Source: Balanoglossus misakiensis
Taxonomy: Eukaryota > Animalia > Hemichordata
NCBI GenBank assembly: GCA_040954595.2
Contig: CM082595.2
Span: 1,015,690-1,079,689, forward strand
Length of the DNA: 64,000 nt
Direction of reading: 5' to 3'
Below are positions 42,489 through 54,900 of the stretch, in pieces; within the stretch, counting starts at the first letter, position 1, and each line of letters begins with the position of its first letter. Below the pieces are notes generated by a model. It searched no databases. It was not told the DNA's origin and was given only the letters and a program-made list of their open reading frames with translations. Made by a program: the position numbers and the translations under genes.

Positions 42489-45119
42489 TTACGATGTCTT
42501 CTTCCTCTCTTGTTCTCGGAGAGCTTTCTTGGCTTTGTATCTTTCATGTCCACGTTTAAATCTTTCTGTTTCTTCTTCATTTAATAACTGAAAAAAAAAT
42601 TAAAGTTGCTCTGAAGTCATTAATGCACACGTAAATTGCACAGGGACTCAAACAAAGTAACTAGAGGTGGCCACTAACACAGGGTTGACTGTATCGAACA
42701 TCAAGATAGGTGGATGATATAATTACCTTAATTGGTGGAACCTTCTGAGGCATGAAGTCATCGGGAGATAATGACACAAAAGTAAAGTACGCATCACACG
42801 CCCTCTGTTTGAAAATCTGTCTGTGACTCAAAGATAAATACTGGACATCCACCAATACTTGGACCTCCATTGTTTTCTCACTAGAGTATGTTATTCTTCC
42901 AAGAAGATTGATGACAGATGCTGAAACAAAAGCATACAAATGGAGTTTTGAGAGTGTATCTTTATAAACAAAATATTGTATATTTAAAGGGGCAGCGATG
43001 TGCCAAACCAGAGACTCTGGTTACAAAATTTGTATATAGTCAATACCAGAGGGAAGTGTGCTGTCCTAACAACAGACAAGATTGGCGGGGACCATAGTCT
43101 GTGTTGGAGAACAGGAAAATCAAGTTTTGTAATAAAGTGTTGCTTTTCTCACCTTGTTGTATCTGTTTGTGAAAATTGATGGCTTCAATGGATGCGGTGA
43201 CTGCGGGTGCCATTGCATGTTTAATTGCAACTAATCCAGCAACTTCATCCATTAGTTTCATGATTGCTCCGCCTCTAACATAACCATGAAGGGTACAGTC
43301 AGACGACACCACCATGTGCGATAAGGAGGATTGAGAAAATGGCACCGTGTAAGGTTCTTCAGCTGGTGAGAGAACAGACAATGATATCAACTCTCATTAT
43401 CCGGTCCGTAAGGTTTAGCTAGCTCGTCCTGGGTACTGTTTCCTCAGCCACCCCTGTAGTTTTGTGTGTCCAGTTTAATCAGAAGCTCAAAAACAAATGT
43501 ACCAATCATGGCAAGCGTTACTTATGCGCTTGGTAAGCTTGTGTTTGAAGTCCATACATGTTTTTGTCTTGAATAGCATAATTGGCTACTCAAAAAGCAT
43601 ATACATCCATGTGGCGGTGTACGTGAAACATGATAATTATAGCAATAACTAGGCCAATGTATGCTTTTCAGGGGGGTTCCTCTCTCTGCTTGAAATAAAC
43701 ATACCTTGGCTAGCAAAGATGATCAAGACTGTGTGCAGATCAGTGTGTGTGTGGATGCTTCAAGCATGCTGGGGTCAGGGGTCAGTTATCAAAAGTATTC
43801 ATGATTAATATACATACTTTCATATGCAAAGTTATGGAAATCCACACTTTCCACAAAATGCTTGTCGGTCTCATTCATTCTCTGTGCTTTCTGTTTCTCA
43901 TATCTCAGTTTGCCTTGTGCTTCTTCTTCTGGTGAAGAGTACACCATTGGTGGCACCTTCATCACCTGAATTGGTGGATCATCAAAGCTGATTGGTACAA
44001 ACCACAGCTGGGCTTTGTTTGTGAGTCTCTGAGTCCCTGTGTAGAGATGAAAGGCACAGAAATTGTAAAAATGAATACTGTGTGAATTAGCTGGCATTTC
44101 TTAATCATAAAACATGTTGAAAATAGAAATATCCCGTATTAGTGTTACAGAGATGAAGGAAACAAGTGATTGGTTGACTGATTGACTAATTCATTGACTG
44201 ACTGATTGATTGATTGATTGATTGAATTACTGACCTTCCATGACATTTTCTGCAAACACTGACACTTGGACTTCCAATGAATGTTTGGATGTATAGGTCA
44301 CTTCAGCATCAACCTTGGCAAACTCTCCGACAAACATGGATTGGATGAAGTCCGTCCTCTCTGCCCTGACTAATGCGGCGGAACATTCCTCGTTACCTAG
44401 CAACTGCACATCATACAAGAAAAACATCAGAGACATCAACTATGATCTTGAAGTGCAGCGGTCATCGTGCTGTGCTTGCGCACTCAGTCTGTTTTTGTTT
44501 TGATAAACATTAGCATAGTCAGTTAGTCACCATTAAAGATGAAATTGTATGTCGGTGAAACTTACCCTACTCTCTTCACTGTTGCAGTACTTAGTGGCAC
44601 AGATGTAGCCTGCCTCAGCAATCATTTTTAATACAATACCACCATGTATATAACCCATTGGATTAGCATCATCAGGACTCAATACCCTGCAGGAAAATTC
44701 AAATTTAAACATGATTATCTTAGCCATGATCAACCAATCAATCAATCAACCACCCAGCCAACCACTCAGTCAGTCAGTCAATCAATCAATCAATCTCAAT
44801 CACGACAATACATGTATACATCATTGTGTCTGCATCATGGTAAAAGGAAAACCTTTACATGTAGTTTTACGTACCTACTGACTTGAACTTTTGAATCTGG
44901 GGTATGGATGACCCCTTTTTGTCCAATAACAGCATCTTTTCGTCGATTAACAGTCGTCGACAACCGTCTTTCGTTGAATGTCGTGAATAATAGAGGCGCC
45001 GTTGTCACACGGGATCCTGTGAAAGATCTTGTGGAGTTCCGTTGAATGTTGACAGAACAACGTCTCCGAATTGACCAAAACGTCGACCAAAGCCGTCTAT
45101 TCGCGAAGGCAGTTGCCAT
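42489..45119 (-). CDS. ACOT7: Acyl-CoA thioesterase 7-like, copy A, with putative mitochondrial presequence (7 exons)
   Basis: Double hot-dog motifs PDDANPMGYIHGGIVLKMIAEAG and SDCTLHGYVRGGAIMKLMDEVAG. Last exon 42587-42489 ends ...REQERKKTS*. N-terminus is Arg/Ser/Thr-rich and acid-poor. Confidence 0.88.
42985..43105. mobile_element. Interspersed repeat shared with 52972-53092
   Basis: AAACCAGAGACTCTGGTTACAAAA...GTGCTGTCCTA...GACAAGAT.GGCGG.GACCATAGTCTGTGT occurs in introns of two unrelated genes. Confidence 0.75.
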
Positions 45120-45636
45120 GGTTTTGCTGGAGAGTCAATATGCGGTCATATCTACATGTACATCCAGCTGACTCACTGTGACCTGACGGTGACCTCATGC
45201 GCAACATACAACTGTAGCGCGCCCGCAGACCGCGCGCGACCGTACGTACGTGGGTGGGCGTGGTCACATGCACATGTGGGCGTGGCAACCGGTGAGGGTC
45301 GAGGGACGGCCTTACGGTTACATCTCAAAGTAATAAACATCTTCATGCGATATTGCAGTGGTTATGACGCCATAGCGATAGTGTGTACACACTGATATTT
45401 ACACAAAACAACACAGTCTCTGTCATGTCTGTTCTCGGGGCCGAGGGGTTTACATGTAATAGGGGGTGTGTCAATGGCTTGTAACACTTTCCCCACTCAA
45501 ACTTTCATGGAGTTGATTTAACAGGAACATACCTCTATCCCAAACGCGACGATATCAGCAAATTGGACGAAGAAGTTACTGGTGGTGGTGGCGCGAAACA
45601 CATGCCAACATCCACGTTGGAAGTTTACGCGTGGCC

Positions 45637-45686
45637 CAGCCAATAGCCAATCAATGGACAGGGGAATACGTCACAATCTATAAATA
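45637..45686 (+). promoter_or_regulatory. CCAAT x2 plus TATA box upstream of the YqcI/YcgG-like gene
   Basis: CAGCCAATAGCCAATC then TATAAATA at 45679-45686, about 80 nt before ATG 45762. Confidence 0.55.
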
Positions 45687-45761
45687 GACGAGGGAACCCC
45701 TACCAAATTAAAAGACCGGCCTTCAGTTACTACATAGCGGTGGGAAAGTGAACTGTAAAAG

Positions 45762-47184
45762 ATGGGATCTCTTTGGCAATGTTTAACCGGTATAGTCTTG
45801 TGCCTGGCATGCATTGCTTACATTGGTAAAGACTTGCTACCAACGTTAATTACTATCATTTGCTGTATACCATGTAAGTTTCCATGATAATAGGACACGT
45901 TTTGTTATTCATCCTAAGTACCAACACTTTCTCTTTTTCGTGTAGCAATCGACAGATTCAAGTATGTGTGATTATAAAATACTTGATATTTATAAATTTT
46001 TTTGGTTCAATTTTACAGTAATATGGATGATTATCAAGTTCTTGCGAAACATTGCTCTTGACGACACCAAAACATCCCTCAAGCTAAAGATGAAACAGTC
46101 TGATCACCATGGCAGCAGAGATGAGAATTGTGAGGATGATATCCCGGATGAAGTCAAGCAAAAGTTTGAGCACAACATGGCATGCTTTGTCAGCTATGAT
46201 GCTGAACGTGCAACTTCCATTGGTCACTTCAGATTGGTGCAGATGAATACAGAATGTATTTTTGCTAAAGATGCCAGGCTCTGGGGGTCATGTGACTATG
46301 ATGGGCGACTTTCTCTAGGTATGCAGTTTGTACATGCACTTACAAAATGTTTTGCTTGAAGGGCCACTCTGGACAAAACAAACGTTTTTTCCTACACAAA
46401 AAACATGTTAATTTATCCCCATGTTTATTTTTTCTTACAGAAGAAAATGTGGAAAGGTAAGAAGTCACTCAATTTTTTTTAAAGTTTTGCAACTTTTTCT
46501 GTAGACTGGAATTCAGGAAGTGTTAGTCATTTCAGTGAAATCGTGACAACCTAAATACTTTCTTCCAATTGATATTCCCACAGGTCTATTCCAATGTTCA
46601 TGAAATTCACAGCTATTTGTGAAATGAGATGTCTGGATGGCTTTGTCTTTGAGATCCCATGTGAGGAGTTTCAGGGAAGTCCTGAAAAGTTTGGTGAAGG
46701 TGTGCATCGAGTTCTGACTGTTGTATCAGACCATGACCCTGCAGGTTACAACTGTATGAGTAAATCCTTCATCGGGAAAAGAGGATGGTGTTTTGAGTTT
46801 AACCGGGAAACTTTCTTCATTACCACGTTTTCTCCGTGTTATCCGGACTCGCATTCCCGGTACGTGTTTGGAGCCTCAAGCAGCTTCATTCTGTTTCAAC
46901 CGGAAATCTCTTTTGCTCTGCACAATATTCCAGATGACACGCCCTATACAAACTGGGAAAATCCCAAATCAGTCAGAGACAGGATCCGTGTGGCATACAA
47001 GGAAAACGGACGGGAATATTTCATTCGGAATACAGTCATTTATCCACCAGCTCATGACATTGTTAAACCACTCGGAATGCACGATGCAATTATTGAATGG
47101 TGGGAAAGATCAGAGAATAATCAGAACGGAAAATCTGCAACAAAAACTACAGAAGGAAAATCGAAATGTCCTTTTATTCCTTGA
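45762..47184 (+). CDS. YqcI/YcgG-family-like protein with N-terminal hydrophobic anchor or signal (4 exons, including a 16-nt microexon)
   Basis: Exons 45762-45873, 46019-46318, 46441-46456, 46584-47184 splice in one frame. Motifs ECIFAK, SDHDP, WCFEFNRETFFITTFSPCY...HSRY, FILFQPE.SF, RDRIR and terminal KCPF resemble YqcI/YcgG (family assigned from memory). Confidence 0.72.
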
Positions 47185-48406
47185 CTGCGTTCGTAGTTGG
47201 CTTAACTACATTTTACAATGCAGTGTATTGAAACTGGCTAGGGAAAACTGCTGGTACCATAGACTATGCTGGCACAGGCAGAGAAATCACATTCAACACA
47301 CAAAATCCATCAACACATAACGTGATGTTACCTTGCCAAATTTTATTACCATAAAATTTAAAACTTTAAAAAGATAAGTTTACCAAACATGCATCACATA
47401 AGAGGTGAAAGTTAACAGCAATGAAATTTTGTATTTACAGTAAGTATACACAATAAATAACTATATAAAAATGATATCAATCCTCTATTAAGTTCCCTAG
47501 CAGCAAAGTACATGTAATATAATTTAGTATGGTACATGTACTTCGATAAATTTTGAGTGGAACTGTACAACTCACTCACTCAAACTCTACACACTTCTAA
47601 ACTAAAACCAGTTACATGTACATGTATTTCATTGTGGCCATGTAAATGACAGTCTCTCCTAAAAGGGAATGTAGAAGCTATTAAACATACTAGTTTGAAA
47701 ATGATATTGCTTTAGTTTTTGTGTACAACTGTTATCAAAAATGCCAGCACCATTTCTCTGGATGATTTACACTTTCAAAAATACAAAACATGTTTTTATA
47801 TTTCTTGTACATGTTGTATATATTACCTTTTAGTAATACTTTAAAATTAGATATAAGTTTTTGATTATCCTTTCAAAGTTTTATATCAGATCAGATTGTC
47901 TCGAAGACAGTGGATGACCAGCAGTAAGATTTGAGCTAGAGTAGTTGTTTAGCATGGTTGTGAAGTGTTTCTGACATTCTCACAGCTAGGTAAACATTGC
48001 AGTATAGATATCTTTTCAGTACTGTAAGATAAAAAACTCTATTTAGTATTTACATGTATATAATTTAAAATAACTTCAAGAGTTGTTGTCATTTTTATAA
48101 ACTATTCCATTCAAAACAAGAACTTACTTAGCAACTCTGCAGCTTTGACAGTAAGGTTTAGATGATTTGTCACATTTTGCACCAAAACCTGTTTCCTATA
48201 AATAATAAGTGTCAATATCAGACATCTCTAATTTTATACAATAGCCAAGATCACCCTGTAAAGTGAAGCACCCATAGAAATTAAAGGAAACTTAAAATTC
48301 ACTTCGTTACCCTGAAATTGAAATGAAAAACAAATTTAGAGATAACATTCTTTATGGACCCATTGCAGATTCTGTTGAAACATCATACATTTCAAATACA
48401 AAGAAA

Positions 48407-50408
48407 TCACGGGACTTGTGGGCTTCCTTCTCTTTTCTCACTCTTCAATTTTTCTTGTTCTTTTATTCTTTTCAGCTTTCTGATATCATAGCGCTGTTTT
48501 CCATCTTCATATCTCATCTTTTCTCCCGGAGTCTGTGGCTGTGGGCAACAAGAAAGACATGGCTGTACTCTTAGTAATTTATAACAGGATTGGAACTACT
48601 TTGTGATAATAAAGATCGTGAAAATACATGCAGTATGAAATGAGAACTCTGATTACCTTCAATGGTGGTATTGGCAGTGTAGTTCTTCCAGGCCCCAAGG
48701 ATACAAAAGTAAAGAAAGAACTGACAGCTCTTTCTTTGTGTGTCTGTCCACCAAAGACATATTCCACATCAACGATGACTTCGATTTCCATGGACTTATT
48801 GCTGGTGAAAGTAGCTCTTCCAGTCAAGTACAGAACACTTCCTGAAATCATCAAGACTTCCACTCACAGATAAAAGTCATAACAACTTCAACTAAGTTGA
48901 TGTTATATGTTGATACTGATTAATAGCCAGTGACTAATGTGGGGCAATAGTTTCAGTTAAAGCCTATGAACTTCCATTTGTTAAACGTGGCAAAATCTGC
49001 CATCTTGAAATTGTGCTGACTAATAGATTTTGATCACTCACCTTTCTGTACTGGCTTGTGGAAATTAGTAGCATCTAAAGAGGCAGTGACGACCTGAGTT
49101 CTACAATGTCTGGCAGCGACAATTCCTGCACATTCATCCATGAGTTTCATAGTAACACCACCTTTACAGTAACCATGAATTGCACAGTCGGATGGACCCA
49201 CTAGATGTACAAGGTTGGACTGGGAATACGGTACAGAGTGTGGCATTACTCCTGTCATTAAAATAATGAAAACAATCAAGAAAATATTACCCATATGTTA
49301 TAAATACAGCATGTTAATTAACTCCTGAATTATTCAAATGCTAAAAGAAAGCAAGCTTATATACCTGAGATTCTGAGATGATCTACTTCCCCAATATCAT
49401 AACTGAAAGTTCTGGAAACCCTGTTAAGTTTCTCCCTCTCTTCTCTCTGTGAAATGTATCTCTTGTAACCTTCTTCTTCAGCCTCTGATGAAAGATATTC
49501 TATCTTGGGTACTTGTGGGATGATTGTGTTTGGAGATTGAGTAGTCATTGTGGAAAGGGGTACATACCACAGTGTAGCTTTGTTGGTTAGCCTTTTTGTA
49601 CCTGTATATACGAATATGCAGAGAAATTACTTACAATAATTTGAAATTATTGTACAAATGTACATAGTTGAATATATGTCATAAGACAAGTGTTATTTGT
49701 ATACAGAGTGTAACTTGTAGCTTTGCTTACCATGAAGGATGTCCTCAGCCCAGACATAGACACATACTTCTATGGAATGCTCTGAAGTATATGTGATTTC
49801 TGTATGGAGTTGGGCAATCTCACCAATAAACATTGGCTTAAAGAAATCTGTTCTTTCAACTCTCGCAAGATTTGTGATGTACGGCTCATGACCAATCTCT
49901 TGATTCTGTCAGTCATGGAAGATTAAAATGTAAATAGATAGATAAATAGATAAATAAATAAATACATATTAAATATGTCTACAGAAAAGACCATTATTTT
50001 AACAGTTGCAAACACCCAGTTAAGGAAATTGAAAGTAGGAAATACATACATACAGAGCAACATCAGTCTTTATACTTACTTTTGGTGTATTGCAGTGCCT
50101 GGTTGTGATAATTGCACCAGCCTCTTCGATCATTTTCAGAATGACACCACCATGTACATTGCCAGAATTATTGGCATCATCTGGCATCATCAACCTGTCA
50201 CAACAAGATGTCGATTTCAAATCGAAATATTACAATACATTATTATATTACAATACACGTCAGTGTCTAAATATGGAAAGGCACTTTATGGATTAGACCA
50301 GGGATAAAGGAAAACATGTGAAAATTTAGATAAATCAACTTACCGGCAGACTTCAACAAATCTCTGATCGGGACAGTGCGAATCATTATTTGCCATTGCA
50401 GACGACAT
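48407..50408 (-). CDS. ACOT7: Acyl-CoA thioesterase 7-like, copy B, short N-terminus (7 exons)
   Basis: MSSAMANNDSHCPDQRFVEVCR; MPDDANNSGNVHGGVILKMIEEAG; YSQSNLVHLVGPSDCAIHGYCKGGVTMKLMDECAG; GRATFTSNKSMEIEV; stop 48407-48409. Confidence 0.9.
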
Positions 50409-50842
50409 TTCAGTCTACAATTCCAAAGATAAACACACAGTGATTCACAGCGTTCGACGTCGTCGTTATGCTCATGAAGCGATCGACAAAACGTCGTGTT
50501 CAGGAACAGATAGTTTACCCGACTAAATCGGCATAGCACGATGAAAATGGGTAATAAAAAGACGAGAATTGCTGAACACAAGTGAAATACGACGATAACT
50601 CACAAGAATCACAGTCAGGGTGAAAGGTCATAGCGCAAGGCAAGTAGAAGATCTTGTTCACGTGTCAAATCTAGACGAGACAGTCACACACATGACAATA
50701 ACGTCTAAAAATATAAATTTAACATTAAAAATGTTTTAAATCGAGCACTTGGGATAAAATATTGCCATTAAAATATAACATCACAGCAAATGGTATTAAG
50801 GTATATAGACTATATACAGTGTTTCGCTCCTTTTCTGTATCA

Positions 50843-50946
50843 GCCGAAATAGCTCAGTTGGGAGAGCGTTAGACTGAAGATCTAAAGGTCCCTGGTTCAA
50901 ACCGGCGAACTCGCACGAGTTCGGAGAACTATCCCGGGTTTCGGCA
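50843..50946 (+). tRNA. tRNA-Phe-GAA: tRNA-Phe(GAA) with a 31-nt insertion in the T-loop (50901-50931, position 58/59)
   Basis: Removing 50901-50931 gives GCCGAAATAGCTCAGTTGGGAGAGCGTTAGACTGAAGATCTAAAGGTCCCTGGTTCAATCCCGGGTTTCGGCA, a canonical 73-nt animal tRNA-Phe. Confidence 0.93.
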
Positions 50947-50952
50947 GATTTC

Positions 50953-50962
50953 TTTTTTTTTT
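50953..50962 (+). terminator. RNA polymerase III terminator
   Basis: T10 run 6 nt after the tRNA discriminator base. Confidence 0.8.
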
Positions 50963-51924
50963 AAATCTCCTTTCTTTCTTTATTACGTTTCTCTCGCGAC
51001 TTTCCGGTGAGAAATGAACTTTATTTTGTTGCTTGTAGTTTTTAAAGGGACAAAGTTCTTTTTTTTCCCTTTCTGTTTTTAAGTAATAAACATATTGCAA
51101 GTTTAAAAAGTATCTTCCTTGAAAATAATCTTTGGTAATGAAACAAAGAAGTCTACAGTAAAAGGGGCAAGAGAAACTGTTTTCATTGTTGTAAGACAGT
51201 TTATTTAAAAATGAGAAATTGTTATGTGTACAATAAAACAAAAATATATGTACCACAAAAGTTTTGAATAAAATATACAGAACAAATATCTACAATGCAC
51301 ATTTTTCATATGAAAAACAAGAGTGAAAATTTACTCCATGATATTTTACAACATAAGTCAACAAGCTAAATGACATGGTTTGTTTGAACTAGCTGTATAT
51401 TACTATTAAAACTGTCTTTCTAGCATTGGCATAAATGTTCTTGGTATCTACTATAAACGTGTGTGTGTGTGTACATGTGTACAATTGCAAACCCCCATAT
51501 GTGTATCCCCTTCCATAGAAATAAACTTTCAGTAAATACTCTAAGATGTTCTCTGAAGACTTTGACAAACTGCGCATATGCAAGTATTAATTTTAACACA
51601 CAATTTGAGAGGCAAAACAAGTCACTGTAAAATTGCTACAGCTTCAAACTAAAGCCACAGAAAATCTACAAAGATTGCTTGTAAGATTTCCAGTTTTGTA
51701 AATGACAGCAAAATTAACACCAAGAGATGAATCAACCAATCAGAAATACTGTACTTGATTTAGACTTTGCAGAAAGTGGAGAAATGTTATCTGTGATTGG
51801 CTGTGGATACAAAGTTATTCTTTTCATTTTGATTTGACAGAAACTTTGCACTTCACAGGAAATATCACTTCACCATGATGACAAGCTGAGGACGGTCTTG
51901 TTTGTAAGTACATGTATTTTCCGA

Positions 51925-54900
51925 TCAGTATTCATCTTCGTCGTCAACAACATCAAAATCATCTTCATCTGAGAATTCCAATCTGTTTCTGGCTGCTTCC
52001 TCCGCCTCTTGCCTGGTTCCATCAGCTTCCTGCCTTGCAATGTGTTTGTATGTCGGCTCTTGCAAACACTTCCCAGAAACAATAGTTTTAGGATGACTTT
52101 CACCAAACACCTTCACAAAAAGGAAGGAGAATTTGAAGTTATGGAGGTTTATTTTGTGAAAGATGACAACAAGTTGATTTGGGCTTTGAAAGGGTTAAAT
52201 TAAATTGAAGTGTAGCGCCAATCTCACCTCAACACTGACTTGATACCATTTCTTGAAATAATCATAAGCTGTGTAATAGTTTCCTCTGTCTTCATGATAG
52301 ATTCCGATGTTACTAACAAGTCTTGTCATCAACTTGCAGTTTTCTCCATAAGCTTGTTGACACTGCTCCATGGCCAGCTCATAAAACTAAATTTAAGGGG
52401 GGATATATGATCAGTAAAGTTAAAAGTAATGTCGTTTCTATAAGTGTGTATTTTTGGTTTCTCCTTTGTAAGCATAATAAAACATAGTAAAACTTGTATT
52501 AGTAGCCTTGTATTTTTGAAATACACGGCTGTGGATTTGGTCAATATTTGTCAATAACTGTTGAGCAACATTTCAGCTAGTCAGATTTTTACCTTCAGCT
52601 GCTCACGACTTCCTCTTGGATAAAGGATTGCTTTAGTCATATTGGCTTCTGCTTCTTTTCCCAAATCATCAACCTGAAAGAATGAACAATTTTGTTATAT
52701 GCGTTTTTGTTGCATCATTCACTGGAGAAAAAGAGAAACGTTTGTTGAACAAAGAGAATCTCTTTCACATACCTCTCTGAAAACCTGTATCGCTTGTTCT
52801 ACTTTTTCTCTACCTTCATCGATTGCATCAGACGGAGACAGAGTTGAATCACCACCACAGTCAGCCCAGACATTCAGATTAAATCCTAAATTCATCAATG
52901 AGATGGCAAACTTGTACTGAAACATAAAAACAAGTCTTACATGTAAATTCTGGTGGGTATTTATATCTATGTTAAAGGGCAACGATCGTCTTATGCGCAT
53001 GTGCAAACCAGAGACTCTGGTTACAAAAACTGTATACAGTCAATGCCATGTGCTGTCCTAGACAAGATGGCGGCGACCATAGTCTGTGTCGGACTATTTA
53101 CCTTATGAGTTTCCCCATCCAGTGTCTCCCTGATGGCAGCCGATTTCCTGCCAAATTCTATAGCTGGACGTAAATCTTTGATGTTATCTCTTGAAATAAA
53201 TTCATGCATCTTGGCAATCTGAAAATAAAATAAAATTGCAATAATATAACTATGTGAGCTAGTAATGCCATTGGTGGACCTGTATCACCTGATATGAATC
53301 ATCCAATCACAGTTCACATTACCTCATCCCAGAGTTCCCCACACAATGCATATACTTCAACCATCCTCTCTGCTCTGGCACCCAATTCATCTTCCTCCAA
53401 TTTTACCAATGTCTCCAACAACACTCTGGACTTATCATAGAGACCAGCCTGAGTCCTGTACAGACAAAAAACAGAAGGGAAACGTCACTTATTTGCACAA
53501 GAAATTGCAATCCAGTGACAGCTAGTAGCTCCTGTGTGCTCAGTGTACAACACACTGTGTACTGTGATCAGATTGAGTATGTACGAGTGCCAATAATACA
53601 AAAGTGCAGGGCCAAAGTGTGGGCTCGCACAATCAAAGTACATGTAAAAGTACAGGCCCGTCATTGTGAGTGTGGACAGTGATACAAAAGCAAACAGTGC
53701 ACTTACATTACCCTTGTAATGTGCTCATATCGGAGTGCTAACTCTTCTTTGGATGTCCCCATTTCTTCCAGGTTTTTCAGAGAGGAAACGTAGTATTCCT
53801 CCATTGTGTTGTAGCCACCAGCCTGAAGTGAGAAACACCAAATTTTAGTGAAGCACTTATACTACTTGTCAGGAAACAGATCATCATGATCCGACATGAT
53901 TTTATTGTTGCTTTAACATTTTCATTTGATGCTTGTAAGATCTCTACTCTTACCGTACTTGTAACAAAATTGTTGCGTGATGACAGAATTTTTCCATGAA
54001 CATACCTTTCTCCAGTAAAACAGTAATTCTGTGCTGTAATCCTCTCGGTAAAGTCTATCGAATATTGGCCACTGTGTCAAACATTCACATAGTCTCTTCT
54101 TGTCACCAATCTTCACCAACTGATATGGATACTCCTATGTATAAATACAAGACATTTCTGGTCACACGACTGTTTCAATCTTGATTACTAATTACATACA
54201 TGTATGCTCCAAACTACTTGATGATGATTTATTTAATTGGTGTGATAAGTGAATTAACTTACCTCGACTTTTCTATCAATGTTCTGTTCAAATTGAAAGA
54301 AATCTGTCAACTTGGAATGCCACCAATGATAAATATTGTGAGACTCAATTTCATCACTGCCATCATCTTGTAAGAAATATCTGACGGAAAAAAAAACAAA
54401 TAATTCATTTGCTTAAATATCATAGTAACTTTTGCCCCTCCTTTTATCGAGATAAAAGTCATGGAAAGGAGGGAACCATGGCAATCATACCGAAATATTC
54501 ATCATCAACATTATTAAACAAACAATTATTGTAGCTTACTTCCGTCTCACAGCTTTGCTTAGAGATCTGTGATAAAAATCCAATCTTCCTTCTCCACTGT
54601 CTCCAAACGGTCTCAAAAATGGACGGAGTGCTCGGTAGACTGCAGCCCATTTGGCCGCACTCAGTGATGTGCCATGTTTTGCATTTTCTCCGCTTCCGGT
54701 GGCTGAAATAAATGAAACAAAAATTCACTCAAGGTGGAATGAACCCGACTTATCATTATTTTTGTAGAGGGCACAAACTGACATTACTTCTCACCTTCTG
54801 GATTCTTGCAATCATATCCATCTGGTAGACTGAGATTCTCTTCATCTCCTAATATGGTCAACAGCTCGGTTTCTAGGAGACCACTGGCAGATGCTTCCAG

